Assembly (NCBI GenBank): GCA_013112535.1
Contig: JABFGI010000001.1
Coordinates: 581,243 to 645,242 of the forward strand
Reading direction: 5' to 3'
DNA length: 64,000 nt
Source: Pseudomonadota bacterium
GTDB lineage: Bacteria; Pseudomonadota; Gammaproteobacteria; Eutrophobiales; Eutrophobiaceae
Positions 37,289 through 48,222 of the stretch are shown piece after piece; position 1 is the stretch's first letter, and the number at the start of each line of letters is the position of its first letter. Under the pieces are notes generated by a model. It had not been told where the DNA came from and did not search any database. It saw nothing but the letters and a program-made list of their open reading frames with translations. The translations under genes were made by a program, and so were the position numbers.

Positions 37289-37837
37289 TTATTCTTTCAG
37301 CTTTGGCCATGCCGCTAAAAGGTACTGAAACATTGAGATTAAAGTTAAAAATGCGGCGATATACAACAGAATCAGTCCAATTTGGTAAACCGGTAGTCCA
37401 AATACCGAATTTTCAAAAATCAAAAAGCCGAGCGCCACCATTTGGGCAATCGTTTTTATCTTTCCCAGAACAGAAACCGCGACTTTACTTCGTGCTCCAA
37501 CTTCAGCCATCCATTCACGAAGCGCTGAAACGGTAATTTCTCGTCCAATAATAACTGCTGCGGCTAAAGCCAGATAAATATTCGGGTTTTGCTGGACTAA
37601 TAGTACCAGAGCGGCAGCAACCATTAATTTGTCTGCGACCGGATCAAGAAAAGCGCCTAATGATGAGGTCTGGTTTAACTTTCTTGCCAGATAGCCGTCC
37701 AGAATATCGGTCACGGCGGCCAAAACAAAAATGATACAGGCAACTAAATTATTCCATTCAAATGGCAAATAGAATACCAGTACAAATACGGGAATAAGCA
37801 AGATGCGTAACAGTGTTAATTGATTAGGTATATTCAT
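37289..37837 (-). CDS. pgsA: CDP-diacylglycerol--glycerol-3-phosphate 3-phosphatidyltransferase
   Basis: CDP-alcohol phosphatidyltransferase motif D-x2-DG-x2-AR (DILDGYLARK)...DPVADK; 182 aa; follows uvrC. Confidence 0.85.
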   Translation of the reverse strand: MNIPNQLTLLRILLIPVFVLVFYLPFEWNNLVACIIFVLAAVTDILDGYLARKLNQTSSLGAFLDPVADKLMVAAALVLLVQQNPNIYLALAAAVIIGREITVSALREWMAEVGARSKVAVSVLGKIKTIAQMVALGFLIFENSVFGLPVYQIGLILLYIAAFLTLISMFQYLLAAWPKLKE

Positions 37838-39660
37838 TAATTATGGAATGTGTCATATATTTTTTTAGCGAGACTCTTGTTTATTCCCGAAACCATCGCA
37901 ATATCATCGACGCCCGCTCTCGCTACGCCTTGTATTCCGCCAAAATGTTTTATTAGACTTTGTCGTCGTTTATTACCAATACCTTCTATTTCTTCGAGTT
38001 TTGATCGCCCACGCTTCTTTTTACGTCGCTGTCGATGTGCTGTTATGGCAAACCGATGTGCCTCATCCCTGATATGTTGAATTAAATGCAACGCGGGTGA
38101 CGAACTATCACAGTCTATCGTTTTATTTTCAAGTGCGAGGATTAAATTCTCAAGTCCTGGTTTTCTTGATGGACCTTTTGCCACACCCAATATGGGAATA
38201 TGAGTCAGTTGCAATTCATAGAGCTCTTTTTTAGCAACACCAATCTGGCCTTTACCACCGTCTATCAATATCAGATCAGGTAATCTCGCATTTTCTTTGA
38301 CCAGCCGAGTATAGCGACGTCTTATTACCTGGGACATTGCTGCATAGTCATCACCCTGGGTTATATTTTCAATATTGAACTGGCGATACCTGGAATTCAC
38401 CGGGCCATCCGGGCCAAACACAACACATGAGCCGACTGTTGCTTCACCCTGAGTATGACTGATATCAAAACATTCCATATGTTCTATAGGTTCTTTGAAA
38501 GACAACAATTTTTGTAAAGCATCAAAGCGTTTATGCTGGCTCTTGCTGCCTGCTATTTTTTGTTTAATAGTCAGATCAACATTCTCTTTTGCCATCGTTA
38601 ACCACTTTAACCGTTCCCCTCTTACCTTCGCTTTTAACTTTATTTTCTTTTCTGCTTTTTCTGAAATAACATTTTCTATTAATTCTGAATCATCAAAATC
38701 ATGACTAATAAATATTTCAGCAGGAATTTTTTGTTGCGAACCATCATTTAAATAAAACTGTGTGATAAAAGCTTTCACTAATTCTGATTCGGTTTGTCCT
38801 TCACTATTTTTTGGATAAAAGTTTCGGTTTCCAAGATTTAGTCCTGAACGAATAAAGACTAACTGTATGCAAGCCTGACTATCATTGATGGCACAAGCAA
38901 TAATATCTATATCACCACCTTCAGACGTTATATGCTGTTTCTCCTGAACATGGCGTAATGATCGAATTTGATCGCGCAGTCTTGCTGCAACTTCAAACTC
39001 CAATGCATCAGATGCTTTTTGCATAGGCTCGGTTAAAGCTTTAATTACAGCTTCGTTCTTTCCTTCAAGAAATAACGTCGCGTTTTTAATATCGCGTTGA
39101 TAATCTTCTTGCGAGATTGCGCCAACGCAAGGTGCTGTACAGCGTTTAATCTGGTATTGCAAACACGGTCGGGAACGATTGGCAAACACACTGTCTTCAC
39201 AAGAACGGACTAAAAATAATTTTTGCAATAAGTTTAATGTGCTTCTGACAGAACCTGCACCGGGATAAGGGCCAAAGAACTTGCCTTTACCTTTTAATGC
39301 GCCTCGATGATAGCGAAACAAAGGATATTCATGATCAGTCGACAAATAAAGATAGGGGTAACTTTTGTCATCACGAAAAAGAATATTGTATCGAGGTTTG
39401 TAACTTTTTATTAAATTGTTTTCGAGTATTAAGGCTTCGTTTTCTGTATGCGTTACTGTGACTTCAATATTTTTAATCTGTTTCACCATAACTTGCGTCT
39501 TGGGCGAGTCTGATTGACTACGATTGAAGTAACTTGAAACGCGTTTTTTTAAATTTTTTGCTTTACCAACATAGATGACTTTACCTTCTTCATCCTGCAT
39601 GCAATAAACACCAGGACGACTGGTAAGATTTTTAAGAAAAGAGTCTAAATCAAAAGACAT
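37837..39660 (-). CDS. uvrC: Excinuclease ABC subunit C
   Basis: N-terminal GIY-YIG (GVYCMQDEEGKVIYVGKAKNL), UvrB-binding and C-terminal HhH regions; 607 aa. Confidence 0.9.
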   Translation of the reverse strand: MSFDLDSFLKNLTSRPGVYCMQDEEGKVIYVGKAKNLKKRVSSYFNRSQSDSPKTQVMVKQIKNIEVTVTHTENEALILENNLIKSYKPRYNILFRDDKSYPYLYLSTDHEYPLFRYHRGALKGKGKFFGPYPGAGSVRSTLNLLQKLFLVRSCEDSVFANRSRPCLQYQIKRCTAPCVGAISQEDYQRDIKNATLFLEGKNEAVIKALTEPMQKASDALEFEVAARLRDQIRSLRHVQEKQHITSEGGDIDIIACAINDSQACIQLVFIRSGLNLGNRNFYPKNSEGQTESELVKAFITQFYLNDGSQQKIPAEIFISHDFDDSELIENVISEKAEKKIKLKAKVRGERLKWLTMAKENVDLTIKQKIAGSKSQHKRFDALQKLLSFKEPIEHMECFDISHTQGEATVGSCVVFGPDGPVNSRYRQFNIENITQGDDYAAMSQVIRRRYTRLVKENARLPDLILIDGGKGQIGVAKKELYELQLTHIPILGVAKGPSRKPGLENLILALENKTIDCDSSSPALHLIQHIRDEAHRFAITAHRQRRKKKRGRSKLEEIEGIGNKRRQSLIKHFGGIQGVARAGVDDIAMVSGINKSLAKKIYDTFHN

Positions 39661-39667
39661 GCTTAAA

Positions 39668-40312
39668 TTATAATTTCAATTCAGTTTTGATTTTTTTAAA
39701 TACATCGCTAAACATTTCTTCGGTTAAGCGTTTTGTATTGGTGTTGTAACGACTGCAATGATAGGAATCCATTATTTGCCTTCCGTCATCAAGCTTATGA
39801 CGTTTGCCATGGACGAAAGGAAAATCAGATTGCTTTAAGCCTAATGCTTTAATTACTGCTTTGTGAGAGATTAAACCCAAACAAAGAATGATAGCTTTTT
39901 TGTCTATCGTTTTTAATTCTTCATGTAAATAAGCATTACAGGTATTAATTTCCTTTCCAATTGGCTTGTTTTCAGGCGGTAGGCATTTAACGGCATTGGT
40001 TATTCGTGCATGTTTTAATTTCAAACCATCTTTCAAGTCAGTTGATATTGGTTTATTACTAAACCCATATTGATACAGCATCTCATAAAGAATAATGCCA
40101 GCATGATCACCAGTAAATGGTCTGCCGGTTGCATTTGCGCCGTGCATTCCCGGAGCAAGACCGACAATCAGTAGCTTTGGTTTGCTTACACCAAATGGAG
40201 GAACTGGCCGTGCATGATAATCAGGGTATTTCTTTCGATTATCTATTAAAAAGTCGTTCAAGCGTGGACAAAGACTACAATCCAATTCGAATTGTGAGGG
40301 TGTATTTGGCAT
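39668..40312 (-). CDS. Uracil-DNA glycosylase, family 4
   Basis: Motif A-like GLAPGMHGANATGRPFTG and family 4 4Fe-4S Cys pattern (CSLCPRL...); 214 aa. Confidence 0.8.
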   Translation of the reverse strand: MPNTPSQFELDCSLCPRLNDFLIDNRKKYPDYHARPVPPFGVSKPKLLIVGLAPGMHGANATGRPFTGDHAGIILYEMLYQYGFSNKPISTDLKDGLKLKHARITNAVKCLPPENKPIGKEINTCNAYLHEELKTIDKKAIILCLGLISHKAVIKALGLKQSDFPFVHGKRHKLDDGRQIMDSYHCSRYNTNTKRLTEEMFSDVFKKIKTELKL

Positions 40313-40467
40313 CTATATGTAATGTAATTTTGCTAGCATGGAGATTAATTATATTTTCTAGCTTAATTTATTAAAAATTTTATAACTAATTTCAATTAGT
40401 GATATGAGTAAATGATGCCGGAAAACGAGATCTGGCAAGTATGAAAATGACACGGAAAGTTAAGAAA

Positions 40468-40557
40468 TGGCGGAGAGGGTGGGATTCGAACCCACGGGAC
40501 CGATAAAGGACCGCTGGTTTTCAAGACCAGTGCATTCGACCACTCTGCCACCTCTCC
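40468..40557 (-). tRNA. tRNA-Ser(UGA)
   Basis: GGAGAGGTGGCAGAGTGGTCGAATGCACTGGTCTTGAAAACCAGCGGTCCTTTATCGGTCCCGTGGGTTCGAATCCCACCCTCTCCGCCA, with a long variable arm. Confidence 0.85.
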
Positions 40558-40705
40558 GTCAGGTGCGAGAGGATACATGAACATTTGCCAGCGGAAAAGA
40601 GATATAAGTTAATTGAATTTAAACAAAATTTAATGAAACAATACTTGAATTTTATCGACTAAAGCATTACATATTAGTAACTCATTAATTAAAGGTGAAA
40701 AATAA

Positions 40706-41380
40706 ATGAATGAATCTCCAACTGTAGTAACTCGTAGATCGGAAGAATCAATACTTTCTACCAATAAAGTATTGAAAAACACGTACTTACTGCTGTCTAT
40801 GACGCTGATTTTTAGCGCAATTATGGCTGCCGTTTCAATTCAGCTTAATTTTCCCCCTATTCATTGGGCAATTCAGCTCGGTGGCATGATCGGCTTATTA
40901 ATGTTGACAAATGTCTTTAAAAACAGTGCGATGGGCTTAGTCTGTGTTTTTGCTTTTACCGGTTTTTTGGGATTAACAGCCGGACCAACCATTAATGCCT
41001 ACCTTACTTTCTTCAGTAATGGTGCTGAATTGGTTATGACCGCCGCAGGTGGAACAGGCGTGATATTTCTTGCTTTGTCCGGTTACGTTTTAACCACACG
41101 TAAAGATTTCAGTTTCATGGGCGGTTTTCTGTTTGTCGGACTTATCGTTATGGTCGTCGCTTCTCTGGCGAATATCTTTTTTCAGGTTGCCGCGCTACAA
41201 CTAGCATTATCAGCAGCGTCTATTCTATTGTTTTCTGGTTATATTTTGTATGACACCAGTAGAATCATACATGGTGGTGAGACTAATTACATAATGGCAA
41301 CAATCACACTTTTTCTGGATATTTATATTATGTTTATGAATCTATTACACCTTCTCGGTGCGTTATCAGGCGATGATTGA
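40706..41380 (+). CDS. Bax inhibitor-1/YccA family membrane protein
   Basis: 7-TM, 224 aa, BI-1 family pattern. Confidence 0.75.
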   Translation: MNESPTVVTRRSEESILSTNKVLKNTYLLLSMTLIFSAIMAAVSIQLNFPPIHWAIQLGGMIGLLMLTNVFKNSAMGLVCVFAFTGFLGLTAGPTINAYLTFFSNGAELVMTAAGGTGVIFLALSGYVLTTRKDFSFMGGFLFVGLIVMVVASLANIFFQVAALQLALSAASILLFSGYILYDTSRIIHGGETNYIMATITLFLDIYIMFMNLLHLLGALSGDD

Positions 41381-41402
41381 TAAATATCAAATAAAAACTT
41401 TG

Positions 41403-41432
41403 AAAAACCCGACTTAATGTCGGGTTTTTTTA
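41403..41432 (+). terminator. Rho-independent terminator AAAAACCCGACTTAATGTCGGGTTTTTTT
   Basis: 8-bp stem plus T7 after the yccA-like gene. Confidence 0.6.
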
Positions 41433-41616
41433 TTTACAGTGACGTAATGTCAAGATTATGTTCCAGACAAATCCTCCCCTTTCCCCAACGCAGGTGCAAC
41501 ATTATTCTCCTACTATCACTTATATAGAAAATCGTGATAGCATCGACAGCGGTATATTATAAGAATAATTATTCCTGAATTAACAATTCAATATAAATTA
41601 AAAGGGGGGTCACTCC

Positions 41617-43158
41617 ATGAAGATCGGTGTGCCTAAAGAGACATACGAAGGTGAAAAACGCGTAGCGACGACACCTGAAGTTATCAAATGGTTACAAAAA
41701 TTAGGATATAGCGTTTCAGTTGAATCTGGCGCAGGATCCGAAGCCAATTTTTCAGACGAAGCTTATACGGAGGCAGGTGCTGAAATAATTAGTGATACTA
41801 AAACGTTATGGGATTCGTCGGAGATTATATTTAAAGTCAGAGCTCCTGATGATAATGAAGTAGAACTACTACACGATGGACAAACATTAATCAGTTTTAT
41901 CTGGCCTGCCCAGAATGAAGATTTAATGAATAAACTTTCTGCCAGGAAAGTAAACATTCTTGCGATGGACAGCGTTCCACGAATTTCAAGAGCACAAAAA
42001 ATGGATGCGCTTAGTTCCATGGCTAACATTGCCGGTTATCGCGCAATCGTCGAAGCATCTCATCAATTTGGTCGTTTCTTTACCGGACAAATCACGGCTG
42101 CAGGTAAAGTTCCTCCGGCAAAGGTTCTTGTTATTGGTGCCGGTGTTGCAGGCCTGGCCGCAATTGGTGCAGCGAATAGTCTCGGTGCAATTGTTCGATC
42201 TTTTGATACCCGTCCTGAAGTAAAAGAACAGGTCGAAAGTATGGGCGCAGACTTCTTGCTACTTGAATTTGAAGAAGACGGTAGCGGTGAAGGCGGTTAT
42301 GCCAAAACGATGAGTGATGAATTCATTGCAGCAGAAATGGCCTTATTTGCAGAACAAGCAAAAGAAGTCGACATCATTGTAACGACTGCACTTATTCCTG
42401 GTAAACCAGCGCCAAAATTAATTACTGCCGAGATGGTTGAATCCATGAAAAACGGTAGTGTTATTGTTGATTTGGCAGCAGAACAAGGTGGTAACTGTGA
42501 ATTAACGGTTCCACATGAGTTAAGTGTGACTGATAACGGCGTAACCATTATTGGCTACAGTGATTTACCAAGTCGTTTACCAACACAAGCAAGTCAACTC
42601 TATGCAACAAATCTTCGACATCTATTAACGGATATGACGCCTGAAAAGGACGGCAACATGGTTATCGATATGGAAGATGAAGCGGTGCGTGGTGCAACAG
42701 TCATAAATGCCGGTGAAATCACCTGGCCACCACCTGCACCAAAACTTTCAGCAGCGCCAGCAGCGAAACCTGCTGAAACTCCTGCGGTTGTTGAGAAAGA
42801 AGAACCAAAACCACCAACTTTATTAAAACAAATGATGCCCATGATTATTGGCGGACTTGTTTTATTCGGACTAGGTTCAGTAGCGCCACCTTCTTTCATG
42901 GCGCACTTTACTGTCTTTGTCTTAGCGTGTTTCGTTGGATACATGGTTATTTGGAATGTCACCGCTTCATTACATACTCCGTTAATGAGTGTCACTAACG
43001 CGGTCAGTAGCATCATTATTATTGGTGCACTAATACAAATATCCTCTTCCGGATCGTTGTTAGTCGGACTCGCAGCCTTTGGCATCCTTATAACCAGCAT
43101 TAACATCGCCGGCGGCTTTGCCGTTACTCGACGCATGTTAGAAATGTTCAGAAAATAA
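41617..43158 (+). CDS. pntA: NAD(P) transhydrogenase subunit alpha
   Basis: Alanine-dehydrogenase-like dI domain with GAGVAGLAA Rossmann motif and a C-terminal 4-TM segment; 513 aa. Confidence 0.9.
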   Translation: MKIGVPKETYEGEKRVATTPEVIKWLQKLGYSVSVESGAGSEANFSDEAYTEAGAEIISDTKTLWDSSEIIFKVRAPDDNEVELLHDGQTLISFIWPAQNEDLMNKLSARKVNILAMDSVPRISRAQKMDALSSMANIAGYRAIVEASHQFGRFFTGQITAAGKVPPAKVLVIGAGVAGLAAIGAANSLGAIVRSFDTRPEVKEQVESMGADFLLLEFEEDGSGEGGYAKTMSDEFIAAEMALFAEQAKEVDIIVTTALIPGKPAPKLITAEMVESMKNGSVIVDLAAEQGGNCELTVPHELSVTDNGVTIIGYSDLPSRLPTQASQLYATNLRHLLTDMTPEKDGNMVIDMEDEAVRGATVINAGEITWPPPAPKLSAAPAAKPAETPAVVEKEEPKPPTLLKQMMPMIIGGLVLFGLGSVAPPSFMAHFTVFVLACFVGYMVIWNVTASLHTPLMSVTNAVSSIIIIGALIQISSSGSLLVGLAAFGILITSINIAGGFAVTRRMLEMFRK

Positions 43159-43168
43159 GGAGAATAAA

Positions 43169-44581
43169 ATGTCAGAAGGTTTAGTAACAGTATCTTATAT
43201 TGGAGCGACGATTTTATTCATCCTGACTCTGGGTGGATTAAGTAATCAGGAAACGGCACGTAGAGGTAATCTTTACGGCATGATCGGTATGGCAATTGCG
43301 ATTATAGCAACAGTCTTCGGTCCTGAAGTTACCTCTAATGTTCATCTCATCATTATTATGATGTTAATCGGTGGCACGATAGGTATCGTCCTTGCGAAAA
43401 AAGTCGAAATGACACAAATGCCGGAACTTGTCGCTATCTTGCATAGCCTGGTAGGTCTAGCAGCAGTGTTAGTCGGTTATGTTAATTTTATGGATGAAAC
43501 CATTTCTTTTCCAACAGAGGTTGAAAAGACAATTCATGAAGTCGAGATTTATATCGGTATCTTAATTGGCGCCGTAACATTCTCGGGTTCAATTATTGCC
43601 TTTGGTAAATTAAGTGGAAAGATTGGTGGTAATCCATTGATGTTACCTGCTCGACACTGGTTGAATCTTGGCTTACTCATTGCCGCAATCTATTTTGGCT
43701 ATGATTTTGTTCATCAAGGTCATATCGATGGCGGTAATGCTTTGATGCCATTAATGATTATGACCTGTATCGCCTTACTCTTTGGTATTCATATGGTGAT
43801 GGCAATCGGTGGTGCAGATATGCCAGTCGTTGTATCCATGTTAAACAGTTATTCCGGTTGGGCCGCATCTGCAACAGGCTTTATGTTAGGTAACGATTTA
43901 TTAATCGTTGTCGGTGCATTAGTTGGTAGTAGTGGTGCTATCTTGAGTTACATCATGTGTCGCGCGATGAACCGAAACTTTATTTCAGTGATTGCCGGTG
44001 GTTTTGGCACAGACTCAAGTAGTGCTGGTTCAAGTGATGCAGGAGAAGACCAGGGTGAAGTTATATCAGTAGAAACAGATGATGTAGCTGGCCTTTTACT
44101 TGATGCTAAAGAAGTGATGATCATCCCGGGTTATGGTATGGCCGTGGCCCAGGCTCAACACACGGTGCACGAAATCACCCAGGTCTTACGTGAAAAAGGC
44201 GTTAATGTTCGTTTTGGTATTCATCCGGTTGCCGGACGCATGCCGGGGCATATGAACGTTCTTCTTGCAGAAGCGAAAGTCCCATACGATATCGTTTTCG
44301 AAATGGAAGAGATCAATGACGATTTCCCTAATATTGATGTCTCTATGATTATTGGTGCAAACGACATTGTTAATCCTTCAGCATTGGATGATCCAAACAG
44401 CCCAATCGCGGGTATGCCCGTTCTGGAATGTTGGAAAGGCAAAACCACGATAGTCATGAAGCGCGGTATGGCAACGGGTTATGCTGGTGTACAGAATCCA
44501 CTTTTCTTCAAAGAGAATACACGAATGTTCTTTGGTGATGCCAAGCAACGTTTGGATGAGGTATTAAAAGAATTGTTGTAA
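43169..44581 (+). CDS. pntB: NAD(P) transhydrogenase subunit beta
   Basis: Multi-TM dII domain plus NADP(H)-binding dIII ([11 protein letters not shown]...); 470 aa. Confidence 0.9.
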   Translation: MSEGLVTVSYIGATILFILTLGGLSNQETARRGNLYGMIGMAIAIIATVFGPEVTSNVHLIIIMMLIGGTIGIVLAKKVEMTQMPELVAILHSLVGLAAVLVGYVNFMDETISFPTEVEKTIHEVEIYIGILIGAVTFSGSIIAFGKLSGKIGGNPLMLPARHWLNLGLLIAAIYFGYDFVHQGHIDGGNALMPLMIMTCIALLFGIHMVMAIGGADMPVVVSMLNSYSGWAASATGFMLGNDLLIVVGALVGSSGAILSYIMCRAMNRNFISVIAGGFGTDSSSAGSSDAGEDQGEVISVETDDVAGLLLDAKEVMIIPGYGMAVAQAQHTVHEITQVLREKGVNVRFGIHPVAGRMPGHMNVLLAEAKVPYDIVFEMEEINDDFPNIDVSMIIGANDIVNPSALDDPNSPIAGMPVLECWKGKTTIVMKRGMATGYAGVQNPLFFKENTRMFFGDAKQRLDEVLKELL

Positions 44582-44603
44582 AAGTGTTTTGTTCTTGTTG
44601 TTG

Positions 44604-44637
44604 AAAAAAGCGCCCTACTTGGGCGCTTTTTTATTTG
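44604..44637. terminator. Bidirectional Rho-independent terminator AAAAAAGCGCCCTACTTGGGCGCTTTTTT between convergent pntB and prpF-like genes
   Basis: Stem GCGCCC/GGGCGC with flanking A and T tracts. Confidence 0.65.
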
Positions 44638-44655
44638 TTTATAAAATTCATTAAA

Positions 44656-45798
44656 TTAATTAATGCAAGCATCTCCTCTCAACAAAGTTCTTGCCGTTCT
44701 TACTAAACTTGCTTTCTCAGTTATCCAGTTTTCATTATTTATAGAAACAACGGCACTGCATTCTAATGTGCCAGCCGTATGTCCTATTCTTAACGGTTGA
44801 CTTTGTTTTTGTGTTTTTAATAAACAGTCTGCAACGATAGTATTCGGAATATTTGCTGCAACGGCTATGGCAATTGCTCCGGTACCGGTAAATGCATGAT
44901 GAAGCTTCCCCATCGAAAAAATTCTCGCATAGACATCCATTTCATTTGCTTTAATCTTTTCTCCTTGAGAATTAATATAGTTACGTGGCTTATTCACAAA
45001 AGCTAACTTGGGTGTACCGGGACGTTGCTTTGCTTCTTCTATAGTTTTAGTTAATCCCATTTTTACAGAAGCACTACAACGGATCGCTTCGACTTTTTTT
45101 AATAATTCATCATTATTATTAATTTCATCATAGATTTCTTTACCTGATAAACCTAAGTCAAACTCACGAACAAACACTGTTGCATTGCCAGCTTGGACAA
45201 GGCTGACTTCAAATGAACCGTAGTAATCAACTTCTAATAATTCTTTTACTTTGCCTGTTGGCAGCACAAGACTTTCATCACCATTCCCTGGTTTGATGAA
45301 ATCAATAACAATCGGCGCGCCCTTGCCTGTTACTCCAGCAAGTTTTGTATCCCCTTTAGTAATAACCTGCTTTTGTTCATCAACGGGCACGTTAACAATA
45401 ATGGTTTGCCCCAGGTTTTCCTGCCAAACACGTACCTCGGTAATGGGTGATGTAACGTTCTCGATTAATCCTTGTTCAATAGCAAAGACGCCAACAGCAG
45501 AAGTCAGGTTTCCACAATTACCTGAGTAATCGATAACAGGTTCTTTAATCGCGACATGACCAAATAAATAATCTACATCAATATTTTGTCTGTTGGATTT
45601 ATCGACAACAACAACTTTACTGGTACTGGACGTTGCGCCACCAAGCCCATTGATTTGTTTACTGTAAGGATCAGGACTACCTATCAATTGTAATAATATT
45701 TTATCCCGTTCTGTGGTGTCATCAGGTAAATCACTGCGTAGCATAAATACACCTTTACTGGTGCCGCCACGCATGAGTGAGACAGGAATGGACTTCAT
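44656..45798 (-). CDS. PrpF/AcnD-accessory family isomerase (methylaconitate cis-trans isomerase-like). The start is most likely the internal Met MKSIPVSLMRGGTSKG; the longer ORF runs to 45816.
   Basis: PrpF N-terminal MRGGTSKG motif; about 380 aa. Confidence 0.7.
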   Translation of the reverse strand: MKSIPVSLMRGGTSKGVFMLRSDLPDDTTERDKILLQLIGSPDPYSKQINGLGGATSSTSKVVVVDKSNRQNIDVDYLFGHVAIKEPVIDYSGNCGNLTSAVGVFAIEQGLIENVTSPITEVRVWQENLGQTIIVNVPVDEQKQVITKGDTKLAGVTGKGAPIVIDFIKPGNGDESLVLPTGKVKELLEVDYYGSFEVSLVQAGNATVFVREFDLGLSGKEIYDEINNNDELLKKVEAIRCSASVKMGLTKTIEEAKQRPGTPKLAFVNKPRNYINSQGEKIKANEMDVYARIFSMGKLHHAFTGTGAIAIAVAANIPNTIVADCLLKTQKQSQPLRIGHTAGTLECSAVVSINNENWITEKASLVRTARTLLRGDACIN

Positions 45799-46043
45799 TA
45801 AGGTAAGTTTGGACAAACCTTTCTTTTCGAGTGAGACTTTAATGAGTTAGCAATTTGGTCCATCAAATCTGTATTTTGTAATACATATAGAGTTTCTTGC
45901 TCTCTTTCCCAATCATTGGCGTTGATAACAACAAAGTCATTACCATTTCTACACGTTACCTTGATAGGTAAATGTTGGTTAACTACTTGGTTTATATAGT
46001 TTTTAAAATTACCTTTAAATTCATTAAAGCCAACCTTGTTCAT
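45798..46043 (-). CDS. Phd/YefM-family antitoxin-like protein (orphan; no YoeB/Txe partner present)
   Basis: YefM pattern ...KVTCRNGNDFVVINANDWEREQETLYVLQNTDL...; stop overlaps the ATG of the prpF-like gene (ATGA). Confidence 0.6.
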   Translation of the reverse strand: MNKVGFNEFKGNFKNYINQVVNQHLPIKVTCRNGNDFVVINANDWEREQETLYVLQNTDLMDQIANSLKSHSKRKVCPNLP

Positions 46044-46044
46044 T

Positions 46045-47331
<1,287 letters not shown>

Positions 47332-47344
47332 TTAATCCTAAGTT

Positions 47345-47534
47345 TGAGAGCTTTTGCACGAATGCTATTTTGCTCTCAGACGAGACACAAAAGCGCGCAG
47401 AAGCGGAGTTTATAAATAATAAATGAGCAGAGCCTTCCCCTCTTTTTCGGGTATTCGAGCACATTTTCACCAACAGTAGTAGGCGCTTTAGGCGACGAAG
47501 TTGAGAGCAAAATAGCATTCGTGAAAAGTTCTCT
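47345..47534. repeat. Inverted-repeat element: two 32-34-bp arms (47345-47378 and 47501-47534, about 94% complementary) separated by 122 bp, between the DUF190 gene and serS
   Basis: Arm A TTGAGAGCTTTTGCACGAATGCTATTTTGCTCTCA pairs with the reverse complement of TTGAGAGCAAAATAGCATTCGTGAAAAGTTCTCTA. Each arm is also internally palindromic (GAGAGC...GCTCTC). Confidence 0.5.
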
Positions 47535-47838
47535 ACATATTTATTCTTGCTGGCCAGTATACAATTTGTCCTGGCTTAATTTTCTTATTTAATTCTTCAA
47601 CAATAGAAGTTACTTTTTCCGGTAGATCAAAAAATTCGATCACAATGGGTAAATCCAGTGACATATCGATTAACTTTGACGAATGTATTTCTCCGGAAAC
47701 ACCAAAGCCGGTAATGCCCCGAAAAACCGTCACACCTCGAACTTTACTTTCATCATGTAAATACTGAAGCAGCTCTTCCAAATGCGACTTGGCTTCATGC
47801 AAATAAATTCTGACTACAGTGACTTCTGTCTCGTTCAT
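47533..47838 (-). CDS. DUF190 (PII-like) protein, commonly co-transcribed with crcB; start MNETEV overlaps the crcB stop (ATGA)
   Basis: DUF190 pattern VVRIYLHE...RGITGFG; GGGAGG RBS within the crcB 3' end. Confidence 0.6.
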   Translation of the reverse strand: MNETEVTVVRIYLHEAKSHLEELLQYLHDESKVRGVTVFRGITGFGVSGEIHSSKLIDMSLDLPIVIEFFDLPEKVTSIVEELNKKIKPGQIVYWPARINM

Positions 47839-48209
47839 AATTGCCTCCCAAGTATCATTCCTAACCAACAGCCTGATACACATAAGGTCACACTTAGTAA
47901 AATATTTAATCCGGCTTTAAGTGTCTCGCCTGATTCAAGTAGATTTAATGTTTCAATTGAAAAGGTTGAGAATGTAGTAAATGCACCAAGTAAACCAATC
48001 GTAATACCTGCCCGTAATTCAGGACTGACATCCATTCTTTCAATCAGCAATACATAAGCCGATCCCATAATCACTGAACCAAGAATATTTACCGCCAGTG
48101 TTCCGTATGGAAAGCTTCGCCCAAGTAATAGATAAACACCGTTAGACATTCCATAACGGCATAGTGCACCTGTGGCACCACCAATTGCGATTGAAATTAA
48201 TTGCATCAT
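47835..48209 (-). CDS. crcB: Fluoride ion channel CrcB/Fluc
   Basis: 124 aa, 4-TM, CrcB motifs GGATGALCRY and GAFTTFSTFS. Confidence 0.85.
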   Translation of the reverse strand: MMQLISIAIGGATGALCRYGMSNGVYLLLGRSFPYGTLAVNILGSVIMGSAYVLLIERMDVSPELRAGITIGLLGAFTTFSTFSIETLNLLESGETLKAGLNILLSVTLCVSGCWLGMILGRQL

Positions 48210-48222
48210 TATTATTTACTGT

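Noticed and set aside
40396-40584. 62-aa minus-strand ORF
   Set aside because: It coincides with tRNA-Ser(UGA).
41763-43136. Minus-strand ORFs inside pntA (41763-42029, 42297-42548, 42600-43136)
   Set aside because: They are antisense to a highly conserved transhydrogenase gene, Ala/Gly-rich, and mirror the GC-rich coding strand.
48210-48222. Fluoride riboswitch upstream of crcB
   Set aside because: There are only 13 bp between the rarA stop and the crcB start, so there is no room for the ~70-nt aptamer.
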